55,784 nucleotides of DNA from Octopus sinensis (Eukaryota). Position 1 is the first letter of the stretch. Every line of letters starts with the position of its first letter. Below are positions 40,258 through 54,344 of this stretch, piece by piece. The translations under genes and the position numbers were made by a program. Under the pieces are notes generated by a model that worked only from the letters and a program-made list of their open reading frames with translations, did not search any database and was not told the DNA's origin. The stretch lies in contig NW_021833828.1 of assembly GCF_006345805.1 (NCBI RefSeq), forward strand, positions 1-55,784. The letters are read 5' to 3'.

Positions 40258-40740
40258 TGTGTATGTGAGAAGGAGAGAGGGTGTAGGTGTGGGTTTGCGT
40301 AAATCCTTCCATTTCTATACTCCAACAGCATTCCTAATTGGAGAGTATGTACAATGCACACTTCTTCTACATTAAATGCATTCCTGGTTGAATAATTAAA
40401 CCGACAAAAGTACTTGGCTTTTAGCTGCCGTCTGAATTAAGTGGTTTTCGCCAAAGGCGAGTTGTTCAGCATCCAGCCAGAGAAGTTGAAGATTCTTCAG
40501 TTCTCCACTCAGCTGCCACCTCACTTAAAACATTTAATACACACTAAACTTGTCTGTAGCCATCCTCTTACTATACAAATCCAAGCTGTAAGAGTTCGAT
40601 TTTCACCAAGGCTACAAGTGAGATTTCCATTATCAATTTAGAAATCCAGTCAACAACAGTTCACAGCAATTATTTCATTTATTAATTAGTTTCATTAAAT
40701 AATTTTAATTGATTTTTTTCTTTTGGAATATGTTGTTACT

Positions 40741-41171
40741 AAGGTGGTGAGCGAGCAGAATTGTTTTATCACTCCGGACAATATGCTTGGTGACCGTTCT
40801 TCCGGATTTACGTTCTGAGTTCGAATTCCACTAAGGTCGGCTTTGATTTTCACCCTTTCGGGGTCGATAAATAAAGTATCAGTTGGGCACTGGGATCGAT
40901 ATCATCGACTGGTTCCGTCTCCCAAAATGTCAGGCTTTGTATCTAGTGTAGAAAGCTGGGAGACTCGTTAGCACACCAGATGAAATGCATAAAGACGGTA
41001 TTTCGTCCGTCTTTACATTTGGAGTTCCAGTCCCGATGCGGTCAACTTTGCCTTTCATCGTTCCGTGTCGATGAAATATAGGGTCAGCCAAGTACCCGGG
41101 TCGATGTAATCGACTTATCCCTCTCCACCAACTTGCTGGCCATGGGTCTAAATTTGAAACTGTTGTTGTTG

Positions 41172-41224
<53 letters not shown>

Positions 41225-41690
41225 GAAGTTAGTGAGCTGGCAGAATCGTTAGCACGCTGGGCAAAATGCTTAGCGACATTCCGTTCGTCTTTATGCTCTG
41301 AATTCAAATGCCGCGAGAGTCAACTTTGTATTTCATTGTTTCGGGGTCGCTAAAAAAGTACCAGTCGAGTACTGGGGTCGATGTAATCGACTTACCCCTC
41401 CACTGAATTTGGTGGCTTTGTGCCCAAATTTGAAACCATTGTTATTATTATTATTGAAGTGGCGAACTGGCAGAATCGTTGGAGTGTCGGCAAAAAGCCC
41501 TTCGTGGTATTTCTTGCAATTCTAACTTCTGAATTCAGTTCCAGCTGCGGTCAACTTTGCCTTTCGTTCCTTTCGATAAAGTTTTATCGTTTGTGCAATA
41601 AAACAAGATACCAGGCAAGTACCGAGGTACATATTATTGACTGACACCCTCCCCTCAAAACTGCTGATATTGTGCTTGAATTAGAAACAT
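40741..41690 (+). mobile_element. Head-to-tail array of four family-A SINEs
   Basis: Copies start at ~40741, 40955, 41226 and 41456; the later ones are separated by (GTT/ATT)n tails. Confidence 0.8.
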
Positions 41691-42692
41691 TTTTATAAAT
41701 CAAAGTAAAAGCACAAATTGTTATAAAATGGCTTAAAATATGATAGCGGACATGCAAGAAATAGCAGCCGAATCGCCCTCAAATCACTGTCGACTAACTT
41801 TAAAAAGTGTCTGCTCGAACAGCGAAAACGAATCTTCTTTTTTTTTATTTTCCATTATTCATCATTTTCTTTTTTCAAATTTGGTTCATTTATACAAGAA
41901 TCGAGTGATACGACATCATTATTTTATATTCTCCGATATATATTTGCTTCGTCGCACAGACGTCTTCTTTCCGTCATGCCCCATTCTCTTTTCATTGCCA
42001 CTGACGTCATCATCATTATGTAATTATACCCGACATCTTTTTGTTCTAAGATATCTCTCCGTTGAATTCTGAAGACCGAATCACGGAAGAACCAAGTTTC
42101 TAACATCACACACATACACCTCGAAGTGTCACTTTGAAATCTTTCACCAGTTTTTGTTTCCATTTCCTCTTTCATTGTGGACGGACAATTTAAATAAAAG
42201 ACTTCACTGTCGAATTTTATTTGTTCAGTTGGAAATTGTTGTGGGCAGACGACAATGTGTTTTTGCGTGCGTGGGTGTGTGTGCGCGCAGGCCTGTGTAT
42301 GCTAGTGTGCTTTGTGCGTGTGTGTGTGTGAGTGTGTGTGTGTGCGCGCGCGTATGTGTGTGTGTTTGCATGTTATCCGTGCATGCGTGTGGAGAGTGGA
42401 AGTAAGAGAAAGCAGCGAAGAGTGGAAGTAGGAGAAGTAGAGAGATAAAATGGCGAGTAGTGGTGAGAGAGGAAGCAAAAAGATGTTGGAGTAACAGAGG
42501 GGAGAGGGAGAAGAAATGTGAGAGAGGAGGGAAAAGAGAGAGAAAATGAGAGAGAATGAGAGAGAGAGAAAGAAAAAAGAAACAAACAAACAAACAAAGG
42601 AAAAGGAGAAGGAAAGAAAGAACAAAGAAAGAAAGAAAGAAAGAAAGAGAGAGGAAAAGAATCTATGGAGGCGGGGTTGTTGAGTGAGATAG

Positions 42693-42754
<62 letters not shown>

Positions 42755-43654
42755 GTGTTTAGAGATGCAGAATATTTGACTGGTATACTGTTATTGCTAT
42801 TGTAGTTGCTCTGGTGATGGGGGGGAGGCTATATTAGTGGACTTGTAGACTTAGAATTACTTTTCGATATCACCACCACCATCACTGAAACACTCACAAC
42901 CACCACCACCACCACCATCATCACTAAAAAACCACAAACTCCACCACCACCGCCTCCACCTACCTTCTTATTATCAGCCAAGAGTTTTGTCTTCCAATGT
43001 GACATGATAAAAGCTATTGTTGGCAACACTTCACTAACCACGAACAAGAGATCATATCAGAGGCAAAATCAATCTACCCAGCAGGTGTTTCGTTTCTTAC
43101 CGATTATGCAAGATTATTTTACTAATTTCGAGCTGATCTGTTCTTCCTGGCCCTCTCTGACACGCATTTTTCTTTCGTTCGTCCCACCGGCAACAGATCA
43201 TTCTAAAGGAAGTGTTGATATTGAATACTCAACCAGCATTTTGGTTCAGAACATCTAAAATAAATTGAACGACAATTGTCTGACATCGCTCTTTTAGTCT
43301 CGTCATTCGTTTAGTATCTGTTCTTCACCACCTCAGCCACCCATTCAGCTACTCTTCCATATAGAAAGACCCTTGTTTAAGACTGCCTTAATTTTACATG
43401 TAAATTAAACGAGTTTTTCAACCCCTAGAATCCATTAGAAGAAAGTGTTTTCCAGTAAGATATCTTTCTTACTTCACAACATTTTTGTCAACTTTATTTC
43501 AACTTATTTTGGGGCCATCTTGTCTCGACTTTAAAAAATTACTTTTGCTATTAACCGAAGTTCCGGATTATTAACCGGAAGTTCCCAGATATTAGTCCAA
43601 CACTTTATAGCTTCCTCTGAGATTCGTGGAAAAGTTTTCGTCGAGCAAGTTTCT

Positions 43655-44165
43655 GATGAATTGGCAGAATCGCAAGAGCAGCGGAAAGAATGTCTTGTAA
43701 TATTTCATTCGTTACATTCTGAGTTCAAATCTCGCTAAAGTCAGCTTTCATCCGTTCGGGGTCGATAAAATATAGTACCAATCATTGTTTAGGGTGGCTG
43801 GTATCGATCTGACGCTTCCCGTAAAATTGTTGGCGTTGTACCAATATTTGTTGTTAAGTATTCCGCCGAGGTTGACTTTGCCTTTCATTCTTTCAGAGGG
43901 TCGATTAAACAAGTACCAGTTATGCACTGGGATCGAAATTTGAAACCATTATCATTATTATTAAGGCGGCGAGCTGGCAGAATCGTTAGCGCCCCGGGCA
44001 AAATGCTTAGCGGCATTTCGTCCGTCTTTACTGAGTTCAAATTCGGTCGAAGTCGTCTTTGTCTTTCATCCCTTTTGGGGTAGAGAAAATAAGTACCAGT
44101 TGAGTGCTAGGGTCAATGTAATCGACTAGCCTAGTCCTACCAAAATTTCAGGCCGTGTGCTTATA
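43655..44165 (+). mobile_element. Head-to-tail array of three family-A SINE copies/fragments
   Basis: Copies at ~43655, 43860 and 43963 (AAGGCGGCGAGCTGGCAGAATCG). Confidence 0.8.
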
Positions 44166-44350
44166 TAATTCAGTCCCTCGGTGACGGGTTAATACCAGTA
44201 ATTTTATCGACTTTGCTCCTCTCCTTACACCTGCCAGGTTTTCTGACTGAATAATCACCCTTTGCTGTCACTGTCATCACCATCATCATCATCACCGTAA
44301 ACATTAGTATTATCATTGCTACCGCCACCACTCTCGCCGACATTATTTTC

Positions 44351-44384
<34 letters not shown>

Positions 44385-44506
44385 TCCTCTCTGTATTTTC
44401 AAGTAGAATTAGATAAAACAAAGAAAAAGAATCAAATTTGTGAAATCTTTCGTTTATTTTATTTTATTCACATTATTTACTTATTATTTTATGCTATTTT
44501 TAATTC

Positions 44507-44586
<80 letters not shown>

Positions 44587-44772
44587 CATTATGTTTTGTA
44601 TACCACAAAAAAGATTTCTTTGCCTGGAGACGAATGCCTGAAACGGTAGCTGTGTTGGCTGTTGAGAAAGATAACTTGTTATCAAGCAATAACAATCATC
44701 TCGGCTGTGTTTAAAATAAAACTTTACACTCAAAGACTTCTTCCACCCAACAACAATGCATCCTTCCCCACC

Positions 44773-44860
<88 letters not shown>

Positions 44861-45296
44861 CAAGTATATACAATATATACACAAACATAGAATAATCTCT
44901 GGTATTGTTTCTACTGAAACAATATTGATATTCGACAGCTCTAGCTATTTCACTAACACAAAACTAACCATAACCGCCATGTTTCTTTTTATTATTATTT
45001 TGTTCTGATCTTCCATTATTCTTTCATTTTCTGTTGAAGCTGTGTATTTTCGCCTTCCGCCCCGCCACTTGCCATCCACTCATTCTCTTATTTCTTCTTC
45101 GAGATTATAAGACATCCTAATAACATCATCGTTGATTTGTTGATTCATTCATCCCACCCTACCACATTCATAGAGATTTAAGTAACACCGCCAAGTTCAA
45201 AAGGTAAATTATGCATACATACATTATACATACATACATGCATTATATACATGCATTATATATATGGTTGTATATTACATACATATGATATGCATT

Positions 45297-45347
<51 letters not shown>

Positions 45348-45741
45348 TATATGTAATATATATATATAATATATATATACACATATATTTATATTTTGTA
45401 TATAATATATATATATATATATATACACACATCACATATAAGATATAAACACACATAATGCATATAAGGCATACACACACGCACATATAAATATGCATAT
45501 ATGTTACACACACATATGTTTAGAGAGAGAGCGACGAAGGGGGGAGTTTGTCGATAATAAATAACAAATGAGATAAGGCGGTTTGTATGATTTCAATTTA
45601 AAGCTGAAACTATATTTCATATGTTTATCATATTATATAAACCTCCCCCTACCATTCTCTCCTCCTGTCTGTCTGTCTGTGCATGTGTGTGTGTGTATAC
45701 ATACATACATACATATATATATATATATAATATATATATAC

Positions 45742-45794
<53 letters not shown>

Positions 45795-45833
45795 ATACAT
45801 ATACATATATATATATATGTCTATATATATATA

Positions 45834-45881
<48 letters not shown>

Positions 45882-45957
45882 ATTCAAAATAAAACAATTT
45901 TGATATTGAACAGAACAGGGATACGATCAAAACAAACAAACAAACAATAATAATAAT

Positions 45958-46013
<56 letters not shown>

Positions 46014-47276
46014 CAAGAAGAATGAAGAATTAATAAAGACCATGTTAGTATTTAGAGGCAAAAAATATAAATGGCGGGTGGGGATGAAGTTCGCGAGAAA
46101 ACAACAACAGCAGCAGCAACAACAAAGATGAAATCGAAAATATTACAATATACATCTGGTGATCGATATTTCTTTAGTCTATAAGGTGATATTTCTTATT
46201 CGATTTTATGTTGTTGTTCATGGTGTTGGTGTTGTGTTTAATGTAACTTATTCACCTTTGCGATGATATCCATCTTGGCTGTGATATTTTCACAATAAAT
46301 GGAAGAAGCGCCGTTCTTGGTACAACACTAATTGGGTTGAATTTTTATGGGGAGGGGGGAAGAGGGACATTGAGAGGGTGGGGAATATAAAAGAGATTTC
46401 ATTTGTTTTGCCAAATAGACATCCGGTGAAAAAAAGGGGGCAACCCCTTGTTCTTCGTGGTTTTTCATAAAAATGGATCTGTTTGTGTGTGTGTGTGTGT
46501 GTGTGAGAAAGAGAGAGAGGGGGAGAAGAGAGAGAGAGAGAGCTAGAGAGAGAAACAGACAGACAGGCAGATACTGTGTGAGTGAGAGACACATACATAC
46601 AGACAGACAGACAGACAGAGAGAAAGAGCAAGTGTTTGTATAGGTGCTTGTGAGTCTGTGAGTTAGAGAGAAAGTGTGCGTGTGCATGTATGTGTGTGTG
46701 AGAGAGAGAGAGAGAGAGATAGAGAGAGACTCTGTGTGTTTGAGAGAGACAGAGCTAGAGAGAATGTATTTATGTCTATGTATGTGTGTGTATGTGTGTA
46801 TGAATGTGCATTTGTGTGTGTGAATATGCGTATCTGAATGTGTGTGTGTGTTTCATGACATGTGGATATTCAAGTTTGTTATATTGTAGTGAGGAGAGAG
46901 AGGGGGAGGGAGAAGGAGAGAGATGAAGGTAAACCGAGACAAAAAGTGAGAGGGAGAGGCAGAAGTGAAGAAGAGGAGAGCACTTAAATAAAACCTAAAG
47001 AGTATTTTTTTTATTCTTATTTTTATTTTTGTTTTGTGTTGTCTTTTGTTGTTTTTGTAAAACTGGCCCCAATATGAGTTGGGAAAGAATTGGTGTGAAA
47101 CCTACCAGATGGTGATTAAAAAAAGGAGCTTAAACGGATGAAATGTTTGCTAGATGTTGTTGCAATAATATTATATAGAATCATAACCAACATGAGAAAA
47201 TACCCGAAAAAGCGATAGGTGGGGAGCGGTGGCGCAGGGGAAAAACTGTTCAGGCCCAGAAGAGACGGGTTCAACA

Positions 47277-47347
<71 letters not shown>

Positions 47348-48332
47348 GTGGGAAGGGAAAAAAAGAATAGCCCAAGATTAAGTGTTTCGACTTAATTGTT
47401 CCGGTTTCAAATTAGAAACGTGTTCCCGTCTTTACATATGATTTGCCAAGGAAGCTCTGGTTAAATAAATGAAAGAACCAACAACATAAAAGATAAAAAT
47501 CAAAGAGGGGCAGCAATATTGGTAAATATTCCCCACACGTGCTGTGAAACACAAACGATGGTGGATACACAGGGAGAGAAAGTGGGAGAGGGAGAGAGAG
47601 ACAGAGAGAGAGAGACAGAGAGAGAGAGACAGAGAGAGAGAGACAGAGAGAGAGAGACAGAGAGAAAGAAGATGCCATTTTGAGTTTACTTTGACGGCCA
47701 TGTTTGTTGTGAGTGGACAACGACAAGCTTCGACGGCACATTTCTTCTATTTACCTACTTTTATATTAACTCTCTCAGTTTTACTTTAACGCACCCCACC
47801 ACACACACACGCACACATACACACATGCACACAATGTCCTTTTTTCATATATGTACATTTATACACTATTTTCTTCATCCAGCCAACACCCTCCTCCTCT
47901 CTCCTTGTATCTCCTCCCACCTCAACATCTGCCTCCCTTGTCATCTGGGTCTGTTTTTCATAGATTTGTATTTCGACTATTCTAAATCTCTCTCTTCCGG
48001 AAAGTATATATATATCAATATGAACACACACACACACATACACACACACGCACGCACGCACACACGCGCACATACACACATATTTATATACACATATACA
48101 TTTATATACATATATACAGAGAGAGAGAGAGAGACATACATACACACACACACACACACATACACATATACATAAACTCACATGCACATATACACAAGTA
48201 TACATACATATATATATATGTGTGTGTGTGTGCCTGTGTACACAAACATATATATATATGCACACATATACACACATAGACATACATTTTAGATACACAT
48301 ATACAAGTAGACTGACAGACAGACAGATAAAT

Positions 48333-48393
<61 letters not shown>

Positions 48394-50364
48394 AACAGAC
48401 AGACACTAAGTATGAAATTATAGGTAAGTAATGATTGTAGGAAGAGTTTTAATTCAGGGGAAATAATACTATTGAGTGGAGGGTGGGGGGAGGGTGAAAG
48501 AAAGCAATTATTATTGGAAGAATAAAATAGCGTAAACGGTGGCTTTGCAGGTTTCTTGCATGAATTGTCAACACGGTATTATTTTTGTAGCTACGACTAG
48601 AACCAACCTTGCCACCTTCCTCCCCGTTCTTGTCATTAGATCAGGTAAATAAAAGCGGGTCAAAGGTGAAAGCAACCCACGGTGAGTTGGTACATAACAC
48701 GATCCTATAAGCAGTGTTTTTAGACCATTTCAAGTAACACTCTTTTTGTTGGTCCCCTATTCAGAAAGGGGAATCTTTTGATTTCGTTGTAAACACACCG
48801 AGGGCGGGATGGCAAGGCGGGAGAGCAGGGTGAGGAAGGGTTAGATTGTGGAGAAGGGCAGGTAGAGGAGGGGGAGACTGGAACCATTTCATTTAAGTAT
48901 TAACTATCTCTCTCTCTCTCACTTTATTGTATCTGTACACCTGCATAAAAACGTATACATAATTACACACACATAAACACACACATAAATATGCATGCAC
49001 ACGTAATTAATCATAAATACACAAAGGTATTTATATTATTTTAATTACTACACTAAACATTTATCGGAATATATGTGTGCACGTGTATCATTATACACCC
49101 ACAAACATATACACAGACATTCATGTGTGTATATAGTCCATTAGTTGAGTGTGAAGGAAGGGACAGCGCCCAAAACCTCGTCCGAGAGATTCATGCAGTA
49201 AACACCCTCTTTAACTGTTGCTAGTCAACGCCTGCTTGGAAGTCATGAGTAACGAGGATGTTCCAGAGGGATTTGTCGTGGTGTGGAAGGACTGGATATA
49301 TAGTTTTTGATCCCACTCAGTGAAGCCTTCGTCAAATGTCTTTTAGCCTACTACTGTCGAGTCGGTTTGACCATTGTCTTGTAAATTGTATGTGTGTGCG
49401 CATGTCTGTACAAGCATGTGCATGTGCGCGCTCGCGTAGGAGTGTGTAGCCTTTGTTGCTTCTCTTTTATCACAGAAATAATGTAAATTCTTCAGTGAAA
49501 GTTGTCCTTGTATTTGCCATTCTACCCTGCTACAACTATTCATGAGATTGAACCTATAAGTCACGCCTCACCCCAGAAACCACTGGAATATATGTTTAAA
49601 AGAGTAGACTCATTCGCAGAAGACTCAATCACTAGAATGTCTCGTCAGAAGTATTAATATTCTCAAAGTGCCTTTTAAACAAATGCTTTGATAACCAGAA
49701 ATATGCGGTGAAAGATTTCATAAAATATATATTTGGAGAAATCAACAACGTCCTGCTTTTATAACAAAGCTTTTACAATATTATTCATTTTGTTTACAGT
49801 GCCATAAATAAAATCTAAAAGTCTTGCAGTGGTGAAATATTTAAGTACTTGTCCTGTTTTTTCTGTGCCAAAGATAAAAATACGATTCTACAACAAGTCT
49901 ATTATATACTAGATTGGTAATGATTGTAGAATGCATGGCTGCCTTTTCGACTGGTTCCAAGAAGTCTCATTTTTTTCAAACTAACTTTAATGTTATCAGA
50001 AATACATTTTTATTCTGGTGAATACTTTACCACCCTCCATAATAAAATAAATACATTTTCATTGCTTGCTTTCCTTTCATATTAAGTAATGCATCAGTTT
50101 TAGTCTCACATGTGCCGACATGAAAGCTATTACAACACACTAACGACTGTAAACAGAAAGAAATCTAACGGGGGATCTCTGGCTTCAACACCAAACTTTA
50201 TCGGGGCCATATTAGATATTAAATTTCGGTTGAAAAGTTTTGTCGGTATGTCGTACTTTTCTTCATACGTTTACAAACATTATAACATTGACAATAATAA
50301 ATTACTTAATAGAAAGAGATTTTCAAAGACAAAAATAAGATAAATCATTGTTTCTGCTCGAGAT

Positions 50365-50420
<56 letters not shown>

Positions 50421-51086
50421 TTTTGGCCTTTTTGAGGTCGTCAAAGGAACTTTTAGAATGCAGAACTAACTACAGACAGTTTTTTTCTTTCCTCGTCTCA
50501 GAAATACTAGATTGGTGTTTGTCGTCTTGAGATGACATTTACATAGAGTTTTACTTATGGTCTATAACTGGTGAACAACAGAGTCGTTAATGGCAATTGT
50601 ATCAAAGAGCCAATCTCTAATTCGCTCTATTTGTCTGGTGGGAAATATTTACAAGGAAGTTTTTGTAACTTGATGCAGAGGAAATATCGCAAGGTTTTTT
50701 TTATCTAAAAAAAAATGAAGTACCTGTCCTTAGGTTTTCTTGTCATTCAGTTTTAGTCAACTCCTGCTGAAACTCTGACCGAGTAACTACGAGATTTCAC
50801 GTTGCAAGTTAAAGAATTACCACAAAATCATACAATTCCTACTCAACAGAGCAGCGGCTTGAAACTAACGTCGGGGTGCCTATTTACATGTCGGGAGACT
50901 GAGCTACGAAGTGTCATTTTCGTTACACTCCCCTCTGGTCAGGAAAAGAAATAGAAAGGTGAATATTAAAAGCAGCAACAGCAGCGACACCAGTTTATGT
51001 TAGAGTTTCTAATATTAGAAGATTTTAAAATGTTCGTTCCAAAACTATTTCAGAAAGAAATCCCCTATTATAATATGTATGTATAT

Positions 51087-51128
<42 letters not shown>

Positions 51129-51226
51129 TATATCTTCGGTCCAATTACCTAGGTTCCTGTAACGAGCCTACGAAAGTTTAAGCTGCATGGAGCCGAATCA
51201 AGCTATTTTAATTAATATGCATATAT

Positions 51227-51261
<35 letters not shown>

Positions 51262-51275
51262 AACACACACACACT

Positions 51276-51332
<57 letters not shown>

Positions 51333-51348
51333 ACACACACACACACAC

Positions 51349-51387
<39 letters not shown>

Positions 51388-51388
<1 letters not shown>

Positions 51389-51722
51389 AACGACCCCCTT
51401 CGGTCACGAATGATCATGGAATTACACCTAGAAAGTTACCCTCCCAGGCATAAGTCCGGGCAAGGTTGCTTGTGGAAGACCAGCAGTCGCCCATGCATAC
51501 CAACCTCCTCTCTCCACACCATCGATGTTATCCAAGGGAAAGGCAAAGGCCGTTACGGCCTGACATCAGTGACATAGCAACATATTTCTACAGCTGAGTG
51601 AACTGGAGCAACGTGAAATAAAGTGACTTGTTGAAGAACACAACACGCAGCCCAGTCCGGGAATCAAACACACTACTTCATGATTGTGAGCCTGACATCC
51701 TAACTACTGAGCCATGTACCTT
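51388..51722 (-). mobile_element. tRNA-derived SINE (family E) with CORE-like middle and RTE-like tail
   Basis: Minus strand: TGGCTCAGTAGTTAGG A-box, TTTGATTCCCG B-box, CAAGTCACTTTATTTCAC, GGAGGGTAACTTTC and terminal TTCGTGACCGAAGGGGGTC stem-loop. Confidence 0.7.
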
Positions 51723-52055
51723 CACATACGCACACTCTACACACACTCACACACACACATACACACACACAGAGTCCTACACACTCACGCACACACACAC
51801 TTATGTATATGGGCGTTTAAGGATACAAAAGCCCAAACCTTTATTTCTGTGCAAATTAACACACCCCTAATCCCATTTACAAGCACATACACACACAGGC
51901 ATTCGATCAGGTTCCCTCATGAGCCAATCCCTACGTAATGTCTTTGGCAGTCTCTTAGAAGTATTGGTCTGTCTACATGTGTCTGTTGCCCGGGGACGCT
52001 GAGTGAATTAACGCAAGCCAAACGTACGCATGCGTGGATTACACACATCTGACTT

Positions 52056-52117
52056 AAATCCTCTGATGACGTAGGTTACTAATCCATATCGGGCGAACTA
52101 CTGAAACAGAAGGATTT
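52056..52117 (+). ncRNA. Type I hammerhead ribozyme-like motif with a degenerate cleavage triplet
   Basis: AAATCCT-CTGATGA-cGTAG...CTACt-GAAAC-aga-AGGATTT; 7-bp perfect stem I. Confidence 0.55.
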
Positions 52118-53586
52118 CATATGTAAAAAAGAATTAGCAAAGACACTCTACTTGGCATTAGAATTGAGAACTCGATTTGTACAATAGACTTCGCAGCATC
52201 ACGTCAGACAACGCGCGCACACACTTCATTGTTAATAAATTGTTGTTGTTTTGATCAGTGATTCAGTGGGGATGTGCAGCAGCAGCCATAACTCTTCAGA
52301 TCCTCCAAGATTGGTGGAGAAATAGAGGACGAAAGTTATCCTCAGACTGAAGGGCGACCCAAATTCTTGCAACGGATTGAACTCCGCTAAAAACAGCAGA
52401 GAGTGACAAGTGGTGCTGTTAACAGATGAAGTCTCGAATCAAACAACAGGAACAAGAATGGGTGGTCAATCGACTTGCTTCCGTACAGTTTCCATTCACC
52501 TAATTTCACACTCAAAGTGACAAGTCGAAAAAACTCGAACCTGCGTAGTTATGAAACGAACGTCTTAACCAGACAGCCATATCTACGGACCCTGCCCTGT
52601 TTCCCGTGTTATTATTAAAGAAGATCCCATCATCATTTACACACAAATATGTTAAAAGCATTTATTTATACAAAATAAAAAGAAAACTTTAAAAAGAAAA
52701 AAAAAATTCTCAATATTTAAAGTAAATAATTTGTTCCTAACATAACTTGCAGCCATTTATTGAATGTCTTCGATTCCCCGTGGATTGAATTTGATTTTTA
52801 GTTTTTATTTTCCTCTCTTGTAAAACATCGGATCTATTACTGGAAACTGATGTCTCAGCAACAAGAATCTGTGTGTCTTCGTATAAAAGTGTCAATGAGA
52901 TAAATAAATAGTTTATTACCAGATAATATCAAGTCTGCTAACACTAATTACCGACTTCCCTTGTAGATGCGATTAACTTGATGATTTCACTTTAGTGCCT
53001 TGGAAATCCCTCGACATCTTTTCAAGTGAGAAAGTCGCTCAGCAGAACTGGTTGCTAAAAGATACATTGGCAATGGAGCTTAATAAACAAAACATTCGTC
53101 TGCTCCGTCACCGGCAGCGACTTAATCAGGAAGCGTACGGGCAGCCATGTTGTTCATCCTCTCAGCAATCTATTTAATGCTATCATCGATGGCAAGATTT
53201 ATCGAAACCTAAACGACAGTGTAATCTAATTTCCAGCAGCCAACTTGACTGAGATTTACACGTCACACACACGCACACTGATACACATGCAAACACACAC
53301 ACACATACACACACACACATGTGTATGCGGCCATTTTACGTATAGTATACTCTAGAAGAATCTACAGCGCAAGCCCATATCAATGAACACATACGTGGAT
53401 ATACATAAATATTTGCTCAAATCCATTGATATGCACTCAGATACACACACCCTTACATACACAAGGGAAAGTAGACACATTCTTTTGTTTTAATGTTCAC
53501 GTAGTATCCACTGTTCAATATATTAGACACACACACACACACATATATATATATATGCATGCGCCAAATGTTATGATATGTGGTTT

Positions 53587-53639
53587 GCGCCTGAAGAATA
53601 TGTTTGAGTTCCCTCAACATATGAAACTATTAGGAGCGC
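53587..53639 (+). ncRNA. Type I hammerhead ribozyme-like motif
   Basis: gcgc-CTGAAGA-ATATGTT t GAG ttcc CTC AACATAT-GAAAC-ta-TTA-ggagcgc; 10-bp stem II with one bulge. Confidence 0.6.
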
Positions 53640-53871
53640 TTTAATACATGTACTGTGACTTTTAAATAAATAATATTTATCTCTCACCAGATGGAGTACT
53701 TTTTCTGTTGAATATTCTATCACCGAGCAGTACAGTACATATATATATATGTTTGTGTGTGTGTTTGTGTACACACACATATATATACACGTGTTGCCCC
53801 AGCATGGCTGCAGCTCTCTAGCTGTAATTCGTAAAGGAATATGTATGTGTGTGTGAATACATACACATATC

Positions 53872-54032
53872 TAGTTGAAATTTACAGAAAAACAAAAGAC
53901 GGCGACAGGTGTATAAACAACGAGCAGGTATATCAGATTGACGCTCGGGAAGGTAGAAAGTCTTTTATGTTTCGAGCCTACGCTCTTCAACAGCAAGGAA
54001 CACGAGGAAATAAACAGAGAATAAAAAAGAAA
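53872..54032 (-). mobile_element. Penelope-like pLTR fragment with a hammerhead-like relic (53962-53997)
   Basis: cttg-CTGTTGA-a-GAGC gtag GCTC-GAAAC-ATA-aaag; element ends in TCAACTA next to TA-rich sequence. Confidence 0.55.
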
Positions 54033-54344
54033 GCACACATCACGCACACACACGCACATATATATATATATACACAAAGCCATAATATATGTGTTAAAAA
54101 GACACCTGCTCAACATACACTTTCTTCTCACCCAATATGACTCAGGAACAATAATATATATAGGTTAAATATATATGTATGTATATATGTATGTATATGT
54201 ATGCGTGTGTGTGTATGTATGTATGTATGTATGTATGTATATGTATGCGTGTGTGTGTATGTATGTATGTATGTATGTATGTATATGTATGCGTGTGTGT
54301 GTGTGTGTGTGTAAAGAGAGAAAAAGGGAGGGGCGTGTAGGGAG

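Noticed and set aside
42069-42095. CTGAAGA-CCG aatca CGG hairpin
   Set aside because: No GAAA and no stem III or UH site follow
43963-44050. tRNA-like A and B boxes
   Set aside because: SINE head without a cloverleaf; not a tRNA gene
50837-50876. GAGC-agcg-GCTT-GAAAC-taac-GTC
   Set aside because: Upstream core reads CTCAACA (G5 and G8 lost); not supportable as a hammerhead
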